NCBI GenBank assembly: GCA_050633245.1 | Contig: JBOEGD010000024.1 | Coordinates: forward strand, 199,787 to 263,786 | Reading direction: 5' to 3' | Origin: Calditrichia bacterium | GTDB taxonomy: Bacteria > Calditrichota > Calditrichia > RBG-13-44-9 > J075 | Length of the DNA: 64,000 nucleotides | In this document: positions 47,199 through 57,346 of the stretch, in pieces | Layout: every line of letters starts with the position of its first letter | Numbering within the stretch: the stretch's first letter is position 1 | Made by a program: the position numbers and the translations under genes | Notes under the pieces: model-generated | Told to the model about the DNA's origin: nothing | Databases searched by the model: none | What the model saw: the letters and a program-made list of their open reading frames with translations, nothing else

Positions 47199-49640
47199 AT
47201 GAAAATCCTAAAGTTCGGTGGCACGTCCGTTGGCTCTTCAGAACGTATTGAAGTGCTTCTGGAAATTGTCTCAGCAGAATATCAGCACGATCGTAACGTC
47301 GTTGTGGTTTCTTCCGCATTCTCCGGCGTAACAAATAAGCTGGTTGAGATTGGTGAAATGGCTGCAGAGGGGAACTCTGACTATCTCCAACTGATTTCAG
47401 CGCTTCGCGAAATGCACTTGCAGGTTTGTGAAGAGCTAAAGATTGGTGAGAATACTGCGATCATGGCCACTCTCGATGAGTGGTTTGCAAATCTAACTGA
47501 CATGGCACACGGTGTTTTTCTGGTGAGAGAATTGTCCCCGCGACTACGCGATTTTATTACCAGTTTTGGAGAGCGTTTTTCCTGTCTGATCATTAGTCGT
47601 GCGTTACAGCGAATAAACGTGCCAGCCGAGTATGCAGATGCACGCGAACTCATTCGTACCGATGATCAGTTTGGCGCAGCTCAAGTGGACCGAGAGATTA
47701 CCGATCGTCAAATTGTTGCTTATTTGAAAGACAATAACTCTCTGCCAATTGTTACCGGATTTATCGCGTCGACTGCGAAGGGAGAAACAACCACAATTGG
47801 CAGAGGAGGCTCGGATTATACCGCTGCGATTTTTGGCGCGGCGCTCTCTGCCAATGAAGTGCAAATCTGGACCGATGTGGATGGCGTAATGACGGCTGAT
47901 CCACGCAAGGTGCGTGGCGCTTTTTCGCTACCCGCGATTACTTATGAGGAAGCGATGGAAATGTCGCATTTTGGTGCGAAGGTTATTTATCCGCCGACTA
48001 TACAACCATTGCTCAACAAAAACATTCCCATCCGAATCATGAACTCATTTAACCGCAGCTTTGCAGGCACGTTAATATCCGCGAGCACGGTGAACTCGAA
48101 CGATTTGATGCGTGGAATAAGCTCGGTGTCTAAGATTGGACTCATTCTTTTACAAGGCAGTGGAATGGTTGGCGTTACCGGCATTGCCGGACGCTTGTTT
48201 AGCAGTCTTGCCCGACATAAAATAAATATTCTGCTCATTTCTCAAGCATGTTCTGAACATTCGATCTGTTTGGCAATAGCACCGGAACATGTTACCGAGG
48301 CAAAGTCGGCAATCGAAACGGAGTTTCACTATGAGATGTCAGCCGGCCGTATCGATCCTCCGCAAATAGAGGACTCCGGAGCAATTGTTTCTGTTGTTGG
48401 AGATAATATGCGTCATCTTCCCGGCATCTCTGCGGAAATATTCAATGCGTTGGGACGCGAAAAAGTAAACGTTAAGGCGATTGCTCAGGGTTCAAGTGAA
48501 CGAAATATTTCCATTGTAATTGACTCTGCCGATGAGACGACCGCATTAAACTGTATTCACAATGCCTTCTTTGAGCCAAAACAGACGTTGAATCTCTTTA
48601 TGGTTGGTGTAGGATTAATCGGTAGAGAACTTTTGAGCCAGATTGCGGAACAGCAAAATAGCGAAGAACCTGAGCAGGCTATTCGAGTAGTGGGTCTGGC
48701 AAATAGTCAAAAGATGTGCCTTGGTACAGTCGACCTTAGCCGTTGGGAAGACCAGCTGAAAAATAGCTCAGAAGAGTCTTCCCTAAAGGCTTTTGTGCAG
48801 GAAATACTCGCGTTGAACCTTCCCAACAGCATCTTTGTTGACTGTACCGGTAGCGATATCACACCGCCATACTACCATCCATTGCTTAAGAATGGTATCT
48901 CGGTTGTTACACCGAATAAAAAGGCCTGTTCTGCCAGCTATGCCATGTATCGTGAGCTGCAGGATGCCGCAAGACAGGATGCTTGTTTTTTCTATGAGAC
49001 GAATGTAGGGGCTGGATTGCCGATCATTCGTACTCTGAATGATCTGAAACGTACCGGAGATCCTGTTAAAAAGATTGAGGGCGTTTTATCCGGAACGTTG
49101 AGCTATATTTTTAACAACTTTACTGCTGGAACAACATTTAGCGCCTGTGTGGAAATCGCTCAAAAACAGGGGTTTACTGAGCCCGATCCGCGAGAGGATT
49201 TAAACGGAATGGACGTGGCTAGAAAGATTCTAATTCTGGCTCGTGAGAGTGGCGTTGAGCTTGAACCTGATGATGTGAAAGTCGAAAACCTCGTCCCAAA
49301 ATCCTGTAGAAGCGCTGAAACAATCGATGCATTTTTTACGGCCCTGAAACAAGAAGACGGATCGTTTGAAGAGCGACGTGCGGCTGCAGAAAAGAATGGA
49401 GAGCGCTTACGCTATATTGCCACTTTGGAGAATGGACGGGTTCAGGTTGGCTTACGAGCAGTTAATGCTGAGCATCCGTTTTACAGTTTAGAAGGCAGCG
49501 ATAATAAGATATCCTTTACTACACGACGCTATAATGATCGCCCACTTGTTATTAGCGGACCAGGAGCCGGCGCAGCGGTTACGGCATCCGGTGTCTTTGC
49601 CGATATATTACGCGTCGCAGACGAACGTATAGGTAATTGA
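47199..49640 (+). CDS. thrA: bifunctional aspartokinase / homoserine dehydrogenase
   Basis: N-terminal MKILKFGGTSV aspartokinase motif. ACT regions. C-terminal homoserine dehydrogenase (VGVGLIG). 813 aa. Confidence 0.95.
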   Translation: MKILKFGGTSVGSSERIEVLLEIVSAEYQHDRNVVVVSSAFSGVTNKLVEIGEMAAEGNSDYLQLISALREMHLQVCEELKIGENTAIMATLDEWFANLTDMAHGVFLVRELSPRLRDFITSFGERFSCLIISRALQRINVPAEYADARELIRTDDQFGAAQVDREITDRQIVAYLKDNNSLPIVTGFIASTAKGETTTIGRGGSDYTAAIFGAALSANEVQIWTDVDGVMTADPRKVRGAFSLPAITYEEAMEMSHFGAKVIYPPTIQPLLNKNIPIRIMNSFNRSFAGTLISASTVNSNDLMRGISSVSKIGLILLQGSGMVGVTGIAGRLFSSLARHKINILLISQACSEHSICLAIAPEHVTEAKSAIETEFHYEMSAGRIDPPQIEDSGAIVSVVGDNMRHLPGISAEIFNALGREKVNVKAIAQGSSERNISIVIDSADETTALNCIHNAFFEPKQTLNLFMVGVGLIGRELLSQIAEQQNSEEPEQAIRVVGLANSQKMCLGTVDLSRWEDQLKNSSEESSLKAFVQEILALNLPNSIFVDCTGSDITPPYYHPLLKNGISVVTPNKKACSASYAMYRELQDAARQDACFFYETNVGAGLPIIRTLNDLKRTGDPVKKIEGVLSGTLSYIFNNFTAGTTFSACVEIAQKQGFTEPDPREDLNGMDVARKILILARESGVELEPDDVKVENLVPKSCRSAETIDAFFTALKQEDGSFEERRAAAEKNGERLRYIATLENGRVQVGLRAVNAEHPFYSLEGSDNKISFTTRRYNDRPLVISGPGAGAAVTASGVFADILRVADERIGN

Positions 49641-50590
49641 AAGTAGTGAGGAAAAACATGCAAAAAATAATTCGAGCATTTGCACCGGCTACTGTCGCCA
49701 ATGTTGCCTGTGGATTTGATGTTCTTGGCTTTGCATTGAGCACTCCCGGAGATATTGTAACTGTTCGCAACTCCGAGAAATCCGGCGTAGATATTCTAAA
49801 TATAATTGGGGATGATGGAAAGTTGCCGCGTGAGGCCGCACGTAATACCGCTGGAATCGCAATAATATCCTTTCTTGAAGCACTGGATATTAGGGAAGGT
49901 GTTAGTGTCGAGCTCGATAAGCAACTACCACTCTGTAGCGGGTTGGGCTCCAGTGGTGCGAGTGCCGTTGCTGCGCTGGTAGCCGTCAATAAACTTTTTG
50001 ATAATCCTCTCGAGCGCGTCGAGCTGTTGCCGTTTGCGGTAGCAGCAGAGAAACTGGCCTGCGGAGCTGCTCATGCAGATAATGTTGCGCCGTCGTTACT
50101 TGGCGGATTTACGCTTGTTCGCAATGTAGATCTGTTCGATGTCGTACGCCTCAGCTATCCTGAAGTACTCTGTTGTGCGGTGGTTCACCCCCATCTCAAT
50201 CTGGCAACAAAAGATTCGCGCGCCGCTCTACCAACGCAAATAGATTTAGCTGACTCTGTGCAGCAGTCTGCAAATTTAGGTGGCCTGGTTCACGGTCTGG
50301 CAAGCGGGGAGTTCCAGTTGATTGGCCGTTGCCTGGAAGACAGAATCGCCGAACCCAATCGGAAGCGATTGATTCCACATTTTGATGAAGTAAAAGAAGC
50401 TGCGCTCGACTCCGGAGCCCTTGGCTGTAGCCTTTCAGGCTCCGGCCCCTCGGTTTTTGCGCTTTGCCAGTCTATGGAAATCGCGCAAAGTGCCGGCCGC
50501 GCAATGAAGCGTATCTTCATTGACAATGAAATTGAAGCCGATTTATTTGTCTCCCAAATTAATAAAGATGGTGCTAGGCTACTGCCATAG
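49637..50590 (+). CDS. thrB: homoserine kinase
   Basis: GHMP kinase motif PLCSGLGSSGASAVAA. It overlaps the thrA stop. Confidence 0.85.
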   Translation: MKVVRKNMQKIIRAFAPATVANVACGFDVLGFALSTPGDIVTVRNSEKSGVDILNIIGDDGKLPREAARNTAGIAIISFLEALDIREGVSVELDKQLPLCSGLGSSGASAVAALVAVNKLFDNPLERVELLPFAVAAEKLACGAAHADNVAPSLLGGFTLVRNVDLFDVVRLSYPEVLCCAVVHPHLNLATKDSRAALPTQIDLADSVQQSANLGGLVHGLASGEFQLIGRCLEDRIAEPNRKRLIPHFDEVKEAALDSGALGCSLSGSGPSVFALCQSMEIAQSAGRAMKRIFIDNEIEADLFVSQINKDGARLLP

Positions 50591-50601
50591 ATGGAGAAGC
50601 A

Positions 50602-51897
50602 ATGCAATACTATAGCACGAAGAATAAATACCTGAATGTAGCTCTCCGCGAAGCCGTTTTGCAGGGGCTTCCGCAAGACAACGGTTTGTACATGCCGAGA
50701 CTAATTCCGAAACTACAGCCGGATTTTTTTCAAAAGTTAGCTCAGATGAGCTTTCCTGAAATGGCGTATCATATTGCCAAAGCCTTCTTTGAAGAAGATT
50801 TGCCTGACAAGACTATCCGCGAGATTGTTGAAGGAGCGATAACGTTTGATGCCCCGCTGGTAGAGTTGGAAAAGAACCTCTATTGCCTCGAACTTTTTCA
50901 TGGGCCGACGCTGGCATTTAAAGATTTCGCTGCTCGATTTATGGCGAGACTCATGGGGGACTTAATTAAAGACTCTGAACAGAAGTTGACTATTTTGGTT
51001 GCTACCTCGGGAGATACCGGAAGTGCCGTTGCGCATGGGTTTTACAATGTTCCGGGCATTGATGTTGTCGTACTTTACCCTTGCGGGAAGGTGAGCAGCC
51101 TACAGGAGAAACAGATGACCACGCTGGGCGGGAACGTCTCTGCGCTGGAAGTGGCGGGTAGTTTCGATGATTGTCAGGCCATGGTTAAACAGGCCTTTTT
51201 GGATAATGATTTGCGTAAAATACGTCCGCTTTCTTCAGCAAATTCAATAAATATTGCGCGCTTGATTCCGCAGACGTTCTATTACTTCCGAGCTATAGCT
51301 CAACTTCAAGATTCATCCTTACCGACTATTGTCTCTGTGCCCAGCGGGAACTTCGGCAACCTGACAGCCGGTGTTTTGGCAACAAAAATGGGACTGCCTA
51401 TAGACGGTTTTATTGCTGCGACCAATGCAAACGACGTGGTGCCTCGATATCTGGACAGTGGTAAATTCCAGCCGAAACCATCGATTTCAACGTTTTCAAA
51501 CGCAATGGATGTGGGAAATCCGAGTAACTTTGCACGCATGCAGGATATATTTCAGAAAGATCATGCTAAGACCATTGAGTTACTTCAGGGTAGAGCCTTC
51601 AGTGATGAAGAAACGCTCGTAGGACAACAGCTTTTAGATAAACGCTATAACTATATTGCAGACCCTCATGGCGCAATCGGCTATCTCGGACTGCAGGAAA
51701 TACTTCTTGAGGGACAGGAATGCAATCGCATCTTTCTTGGAACGGCTCACCCTGCAAAATTTCCGGACGTAGTGCATCGCGCATTGAACCGTGAACCGGA
51801 TATACCTGACCGTTTACAAGTTGTGTTGAACAAAGAAGGCCATGCCGAGAAAATTTCTGCGGACTATCAGCAGCTTAGAGGAAAATTATTGGATTAG
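50602..51897 (+). CDS. thrC: threonine synthase
   Basis: PLP-lysine region FHGPTLAFKDFA; 431 aa. Confidence 0.9.
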   Translation: MQYYSTKNKYLNVALREAVLQGLPQDNGLYMPRLIPKLQPDFFQKLAQMSFPEMAYHIAKAFFEEDLPDKTIREIVEGAITFDAPLVELEKNLYCLELFHGPTLAFKDFAARFMARLMGDLIKDSEQKLTILVATSGDTGSAVAHGFYNVPGIDVVVLYPCGKVSSLQEKQMTTLGGNVSALEVAGSFDDCQAMVKQAFLDNDLRKIRPLSSANSINIARLIPQTFYYFRAIAQLQDSSLPTIVSVPSGNFGNLTAGVLATKMGLPIDGFIAATNANDVVPRYLDSGKFQPKPSISTFSNAMDVGNPSNFARMQDIFQKDHAKTIELLQGRAFSDEETLVGQQLLDKRYNYIADPHGAIGYLGLQEILLEGQECNRIFLGTAHPAKFPDVVHRALNREPDIPDRLQVVLNKEGHAEKISADYQQLRGKLLD

Positions 51898-53315
51898 AAC
51901 CCGGAGCGGCTAAGACGGGGTGGAACGGAATCGATAGTATTGACCGTATGAAAGCGGGTTTTTCCAGCCTCAACAAAAAAACGCAGCTCCTTAGTTTCGC
52001 TTCCGCGTGCGGAGTTCAGCGTCAGAGTAACTTCTTGCTCGCCTTCCGGAAGCTGTAGCCTGGCGTAGCCAATGCTGTGAGGCAGCGTTTGCCAATTGCG
52101 CGTATCTGCTTTTTCGGTGACGGCATTGGTTAAGTTCATAATCATACCGAGCACTTCGTTCTTTTTTCGGGCCAGCCCTTCGGTTACTTGCTTTAATGCA
52201 AAGCGAAGCAACGATGTTGCCATCTCACGAACCATTCGGTCCTTCAAGGTTGCGAACGCAATCTCATTTATGTCCTGTGCCTTTTCTAGCTCCAGCTCCA
52301 CTCCATTGCTTTGCAAATATGCTGAGTTAAAGATGGGCTGACGCTGAACGTATTTTGGGAATGCTATTCTCAGAACTTTCAGATCGGTAATTTCGCTTCT
52401 TTTATCTTCATCTTCCATGTAAAAAGGAAAGGATAAACCAAGTTCTTCGTTTTCAAAAAAGAAGCGTCCCTCTTCACCACCGGTTATCAGAAAATTCAGG
52501 CTCCACTCATCTTTTACCGGTCCCAGGCCATTATTCCAGAAGACGACAATCTCGCCGCCATCGTTTTTCTGATGCTCGTAGTTAAGACCAAACTCTTCTT
52601 CAAACTGTCTGAGTTCCTCTGTAAACCCATTTAGATAGGCTGTTCGAAGTAAATCATCTTTCAATTGCTGCGGAGCGTTTAATCCAAACTCGCTATACGT
52701 TTCTGAATAGGCCTTATAGGCATTGCGATAGGAGATAAAGGCATCATTAATCTCACCGGAAGCTTCGAAAATTAATCCCATTAGATTATGAGCAAACGCA
52801 TCCTGCTTGTAGCGATTCTTGCGAAACTCATAGTGATCGTTCATTTCCGTTAGCTTAATATTAATGCGCCGACACTCAACAAGTGCTTGTTCATAACTTC
52901 CCATGTTAAGAAAATTCAGCGCCTTATAATAGTGAAGCTGTACTCGCTCAAAATCTTCACCCATATAGGTGGTGTTCATCGGATTAGTAAAAAGGCTGAT
53001 AGCACCTTCCACAATACTACCGCGTTCATCCTCGGTGAAGATATATGCTTTTTCCAGATAGGAATTGCTTGCCTCATAATCACCGAGCATTTGGTGAACC
53101 ACGCCCTGTTCAAGAAAATAGAGTAATCGAGATTTGCCCGACTCATTTTTCTTGTTTTTGGCGAGGAACTCTGCTGCCGCTTCTATGTTACCAGCGGCAA
53201 TATGCCGATGAAAGTCAACATTTTGGCGATAATAGGAAGCGCAACTGCTTAGCAAAAGCAACTGCAGGGTCAGTAGCAACCCTGCAGAACGCAATATGGT
53301 GGCTAGTCGAGGCAT
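51894..53315 (-). CDS. TPR-like lipoprotein of unknown function
   Basis: Signal peptide plus lipobox (LLLLSSC). Helical repeat content. Confidence 0.5.
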   Translation of the reverse strand: MPRLATILRSAGLLLTLQLLLLSSCASYYRQNVDFHRHIAAGNIEAAAEFLAKNKKNESGKSRLLYFLEQGVVHQMLGDYEASNSYLEKAYIFTEDERGSIVEGAISLFTNPMNTTYMGEDFERVQLHYYKALNFLNMGSYEQALVECRRINIKLTEMNDHYEFRKNRYKQDAFAHNLMGLIFEASGEINDAFISYRNAYKAYSETYSEFGLNAPQQLKDDLLRTAYLNGFTEELRQFEEEFGLNYEHQKNDGGEIVVFWNNGLGPVKDEWSLNFLITGGEEGRFFFENEELGLSFPFYMEDEDKRSEITDLKVLRIAFPKYVQRQPIFNSAYLQSNGVELELEKAQDINEIAFATLKDRMVREMATSLLRFALKQVTEGLARKKNEVLGMIMNLTNAVTEKADTRNWQTLPHSIGYARLQLPEGEQEVTLTLNSARGSETKELRFFVEAGKTRFHTVNTIDSVPPRLSRSGF

Positions 53316-53321
53316 TCTCTA

Positions 53322-53996
53322 TTAATACTCCGTAACCAGCTTTTTGATTTTCTTATCACCAATCCAGACCTTCTCATTGGTCTCGAGATTTGTGAGTTCG
53401 AGGTCTATCTGATAATAGTTTACCTTCTGACCGGCATCTCTATCAGAATCAACAATAGAGTTTACAACTCCCTGCAACATATAATCGGCACCGGTTTCCT
53501 GTCTCCAGCGCTTAATCGTTTCCGCAGAGGAATATTCCTGCTGATCGGCACGCTCATCACGAATTTCCTCGCGAAATTCTTTAGACTGAACGACGCGCAC
53601 GGTATTTGAGTTAACAAACTCTTTTTCCATGTCTTTAATAAACGTCTCGGTGTTGATATGCTCATGCGATTTGTTCTTGATGCTGCCGACAATAACAACC
53701 GGCTTATTACCTGTTGCGTTGCGATGGTTTTCCAACCAGGCGCGTGATAATACATCACTAATCATTTCTTCGGCAACGAGTCGGGAATCCGTATCGTTCC
53801 AACGACCGCTCAAATCAATCTGCTGATTAGGATTTACTCTCTCTACTTTGTTGTAGGGAGCGCAGCTGCTTATGGCAATTGCAATTAGCAAGGTAACGGC
53901 AAATAATAGCTTCATTTTTTTGTCTCCATCTATGGTTATGATACCTATTCTACGACATTGGTTGCGACAGGTTCTCAATTCCCTCACATTATACAT
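53322..53996 (-). CDS. LpoB-like (penicillin-binding-protein activator-like) lipoprotein, tentative
   Basis: Lipobox AISSC. The C-terminal pattern (GADYMLQG...IDLELTNLETNEKVWIG) is reminiscent of LpoB/DUF3897. Weak call. It lies 6 nt upstream of the TPR lipoprotein gene. Confidence 0.4.
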   Translation of the reverse strand: MYNVRELRTCRNQCRRIGIITIDGDKKMKLLFAVTLLIAIAISSCAPYNKVERVNPNQQIDLSGRWNDTDSRLVAEEMISDVLSRAWLENHRNATGNKPVVIVGSIKNKSHEHINTETFIKDMEKEFVNSNTVRVVQSKEFREEIRDERADQQEYSSAETIKRWRQETGADYMLQGVVNSIVDSDRDAGQKVNYYQIDLELTNLETNEKVWIGDKKIKKLVTEY

Positions 53997-54053
53997 GATA
54001 GAATTTCTGATAGTTATAATAAAAGCAAATTTAAATGGGTTCTCTACGAAACG

Positions 54054-56123
54054 CTACCGAATCTTTAAAACGAAAATAGTGCAGTCATCATCGAGGGCCC
54101 GCATGCCTCCCCATGAAGACCCTGCTTCCAGGAGCACGTTCAGGATATCCGCAGCTGTTTTAGAGGCGTGTTTTGTTAAAATGGAGGCGATTTTTTCATC
54201 GCCAAACTGTTCGTCTTGTTCATTAAAACGTTCGCTAAGACCATCACTTAATAAAAGTAGAACGTCATCTTTATTCAGTAAGAGAGACTGTGTTTTGTAG
54301 GGAAAGTCTGGAAAACTGCCGAGCGGCATGCCTTTTAGGTCGATTTCTTCGACGCTCTGTTCAGCAGCACGGTAAACAAGGGGAAAGGGCATTCCGGCAG
54401 AGGTAATGGTCAACTTGCGATCGTTTAGCCTGAAGATGGCAAGCGCCATATACATTTGCGAAAAGCCCATTTGTTTAAGCGCGTGGGAGGAACCGGATAA
54501 GAAGTCTAATAAGTCTGTTTCTGCGTTTAAAGAGTTAAACAGGCTTTTGGTTGCTGCTACCATAGTGCCGGCTTTCAGGCCGTGTCCGGTTGCATCACCG
54601 ACAACTGCGGTAAGGGTACTATCTTCTATTTTTAGGTCGTAGTAGTCTCCACCCACTTCACTGGCGGTCTCCATCCGAACTGCAATATCAAAGTCTGGAT
54701 GTTCTGGCAGGACATTAGGAAGCATTGAAAGCTGTAGTTCGCGAGCGCTTTCGAGCTCTTGTGATTTACGCTCATTTTCTGCCTCCAGGCGCGCTTTTTC
54801 AATTCCCTGCTGAACCGCTTCATCAGACAGGCGCTGTACTTGCTGAAGCTGTTCCTGCAGATCACTTGTTGTTTTGGCAACATTTCGTGCGAGCAAAATG
54901 GACATAGAAAGCATCATTAAGAGTACGCCATAAAAGGGGAGTGGTGTTTCCAGAAAGCTGTATTGATAAACGGGAAACCCCAGCAGCTCCAGCAGGCGAT
55001 GTATGCCAATTCCGAGCATTGGGAGCGAGCCGGCGCCAACAATCCAGCCGCCATCGAGGACCGGAGGTTCTCCTGAGCGCTTGCGCCCGATCCAGCAAAT
55101 AAAAAACTCCGGGATAGGTAGTAAGGTAATGCTCTCGACTAAAAGCACTAACATCTGTGCATTCGAGTGTGGAATCCACAAAAAGAAAAGCCCGAAGACG
55201 ATCAGAATAACGTATAAATAGAATCGCTTCTTGAGGAAATTATAAAATGTCGTATGGATAAAGGCAATCGCTGAGAGCGAGAGAAGCAGTAAGGCGCTAT
55301 TTCCCAGAAGCAACATTTGCAAATCCGATTCCGGAGTAAGGCTAAAGCGCGTTTCATAAATCGCATAAGCTGCGATAGAGCAGAAAAAACTAAATGCAGC
55401 AAACGCAAGATTTGCCCGTAAGGATGGAGAATAGAGAAATAAAAATAGGTGGATTAATGCAAATATTAGAAAGATTCCAGACAAAAAAGTTTGGCGCACC
55501 GTTATGCGTTTCCAAAACTGCAGTAGGCGTGGCATAAATTCCTGGTGCTCTGCTATTTGAAAAAATAAATAAGGAGGATATCTGGCAAACCTGGTCGATT
55601 CAAGAGTCTTCGCTGAATAGCGAACAGCAAAGGTATGTAAACTTTTAGCTGAATCGGAAGCGGGGATATAAAGTGGAATGGGATAGCGTGCGATTACCGC
55701 TTCCTCACCCGCTAACTGATCACTAACGTTTCCACTTGTATGAACATGTTTTCCATTATGATAAACTTCCGCCGCACCATTCAGTCGAATATACATAGCC
55801 AACGTTTTGCCATGCAGCGTAGAATCTATTTTTACTTCCATCCGAATCCAGCCGATGCCGTTCCATTCTTCATCAGAAATATCAAAGCGTGGCACTTTCT
55901 GCCACTCGGATAAATCAGTCTCTGCTGCAGCCCAGGCAGGATTATCTCCATTGCGAAAATACATGCTGTCTGGTAGAGGAATATTCTGACCGTAGCCGAG
56001 CGATGAGAGCATTAGAAATAATGCAAAGAGTATCTTGTGGCAATGGCTGGATTTTGAGGTTATCATCATGTATCTGTTTTTCTGTTTGCTTGCAAAATAT
56101 ACAGTAGTAAGTGGCGACATCAA
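54054..56123 (-). CDS. 7TM-DISM receptor fused to a PP2C/SpoIIE-type serine phosphatase
   Basis: Signal peptide. Extracellular 7TMR-DISM-like domain. Seven hydrophobic helices. Coiled coil. C-terminal PP2C motifs (GGDYYD, VGDATGHG, LLLSDGL). Confidence 0.75.
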   Translation of the reverse strand: MMSPLTTVYFASKQKNRYMMITSKSSHCHKILFALFLMLSSLGYGQNIPLPDSMYFRNGDNPAWAAAETDLSEWQKVPRFDISDEEWNGIGWIRMEVKIDSTLHGKTLAMYIRLNGAAEVYHNGKHVHTSGNVSDQLAGEEAVIARYPIPLYIPASDSAKSLHTFAVRYSAKTLESTRFARYPPYLFFQIAEHQEFMPRLLQFWKRITVRQTFLSGIFLIFALIHLFLFLYSPSLRANLAFAAFSFFCSIAAYAIYETRFSLTPESDLQMLLLGNSALLLLSLSAIAFIHTTFYNFLKKRFYLYVILIVFGLFFLWIPHSNAQMLVLLVESITLLPIPEFFICWIGRKRSGEPPVLDGGWIVGAGSLPMLGIGIHRLLELLGFPVYQYSFLETPLPFYGVLLMMLSMSILLARNVAKTTSDLQEQLQQVQRLSDEAVQQGIEKARLEAENERKSQELESARELQLSMLPNVLPEHPDFDIAVRMETASEVGGDYYDLKIEDSTLTAVVGDATGHGLKAGTMVAATKSLFNSLNAETDLLDFLSGSSHALKQMGFSQMYMALAIFRLNDRKLTITSAGMPFPLVYRAAEQSVEEIDLKGMPLGSFPDFPYKTQSLLLNKDDVLLLLSDGLSERFNEQDEQFGDEKIASILTKHASKTAADILNVLLEAGSSWGGMRALDDDCTIFVLKIR

Positions 56124-56218
56124 AGTGTTGTAACTTATGTTGTTCCGGCTTTTTTAAGTAACTATTTTGGCTGGAACGCTGTCTACTATTATAGAATGAA
56201 TAATACCGTGAACGAGAT

Positions 56219-57346
56219 ATGTTGAAAAAGAACAAAAAAACGCAGTCTGTCGGGCAACAACGTGAACCATTTTACGAAGCTTTGGTAGATAAGGTTGCTC
56301 TTCTTTATGTTGACGGGCTCCCGGAAAAACGTTATCCCCGCGAAGAGGAAATGCGTTCTGCCAGCGGCCTTGTTGAAAATAGGATTAAAGAGACGCTGGA
56401 AGAGGAATGGACGGCGGGTTCTGATCTTAATATGCTTGCAGAAGATCGTGCAGCAATGCGCCTGAACTTTGGGCGCTGGATAACAGAATTTCCGCTACGT
56501 ATTCCCAAGCCGCCATTGGTTGCTGAGCTAAGCGGTTGGAAGCTGGCAATTGCTGCAGTTATTGGCTGTATTCTTGGGGCTCTTATAATTTCCGGTCTGT
56601 TTAATTTGTTGATGGATGAGCCGCGAATTGGAATGATGATTGGCGGACCACTTGGTGCCGCTGCTGTTATCGTTGCGTTATTTTATGCTGCTGATAACCC
56701 GAAAATTCGCTATACTCTTCAAGCGTTGCTCGGTGCAGCAACAGTTGCTGAACTTTGGATTGGATTTAGTGCAATCGGCCTTGGCGGCGTATGGACAGCA
56801 CTAACCGGTATGGCCGGAGTCGGTGTCCTCGGCATGATGCGGCGAATTGGACTCTATATTGCCGTTATCTTCTTCTTAAAGCTCGGTGTACGCTCGCCGG
56901 TTTACGATCGTGAAGAATATCGTAAGCTTTCTCAACCCTTTATTGATTTATGGTTACGCAGTGCAGATATGTATTTTCAATTGGCCTTTCTGAAACTGGA
57001 AAAGCCCTCTGAGCAGCATGTCGAGCAAGCTGGCGATCTGGACGAATTGGGATTTTATTTGCACAAATTACATCAATGCAGTCTGGATGTGCTACCCGAG
57101 GTTGCTGCGGAACTCTTGGTTCGTGCTCGAAACTTAGGTGTCGAAGGATTGACGAAAGCGCCGCTCTTTCTTAGCGGAGAGGCATTGGAAATGGAAGAAT
57201 TTATTTGGGATGAATCTGCTGCACAAAAATACAATGCCCTGGGAGCGCTGGAAAAAGGAGACCGGGTTTTTGTTGCTGAGCAAGCAGTAGTGCGTGACGG
57301 ACGGGTGATTGAAAAGGGACTTGTGCGCAAGGTAAGGAAACGATAA
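56219..57346 (+). CDS. polytopic membrane protein of unknown function, with cytosolic N- and C-terminal domains
   Basis: Four to five Gly/Ala-rich TM helices in the middle. Its stop overlaps the start of the next gene (ATGA). Confidence 0.5.
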   Translation: MLKKNKKTQSVGQQREPFYEALVDKVALLYVDGLPEKRYPREEEMRSASGLVENRIKETLEEEWTAGSDLNMLAEDRAAMRLNFGRWITEFPLRIPKPPLVAELSGWKLAIAAVIGCILGALIISGLFNLLMDEPRIGMMIGGPLGAAAVIVALFYAADNPKIRYTLQALLGAATVAELWIGFSAIGLGGVWTALTGMAGVGVLGMMRRIGLYIAVIFFLKLGVRSPVYDREEYRKLSQPFIDLWLRSADMYFQLAFLKLEKPSEQHVEQAGDLDELGFYLHKLHQCSLDVLPEVAAELLVRARNLGVEGLTKAPLFLSGEALEMEEFIWDESAAQKYNALGALEKGDRVFVAEQAVVRDGRVIEKGLVRKVRKR

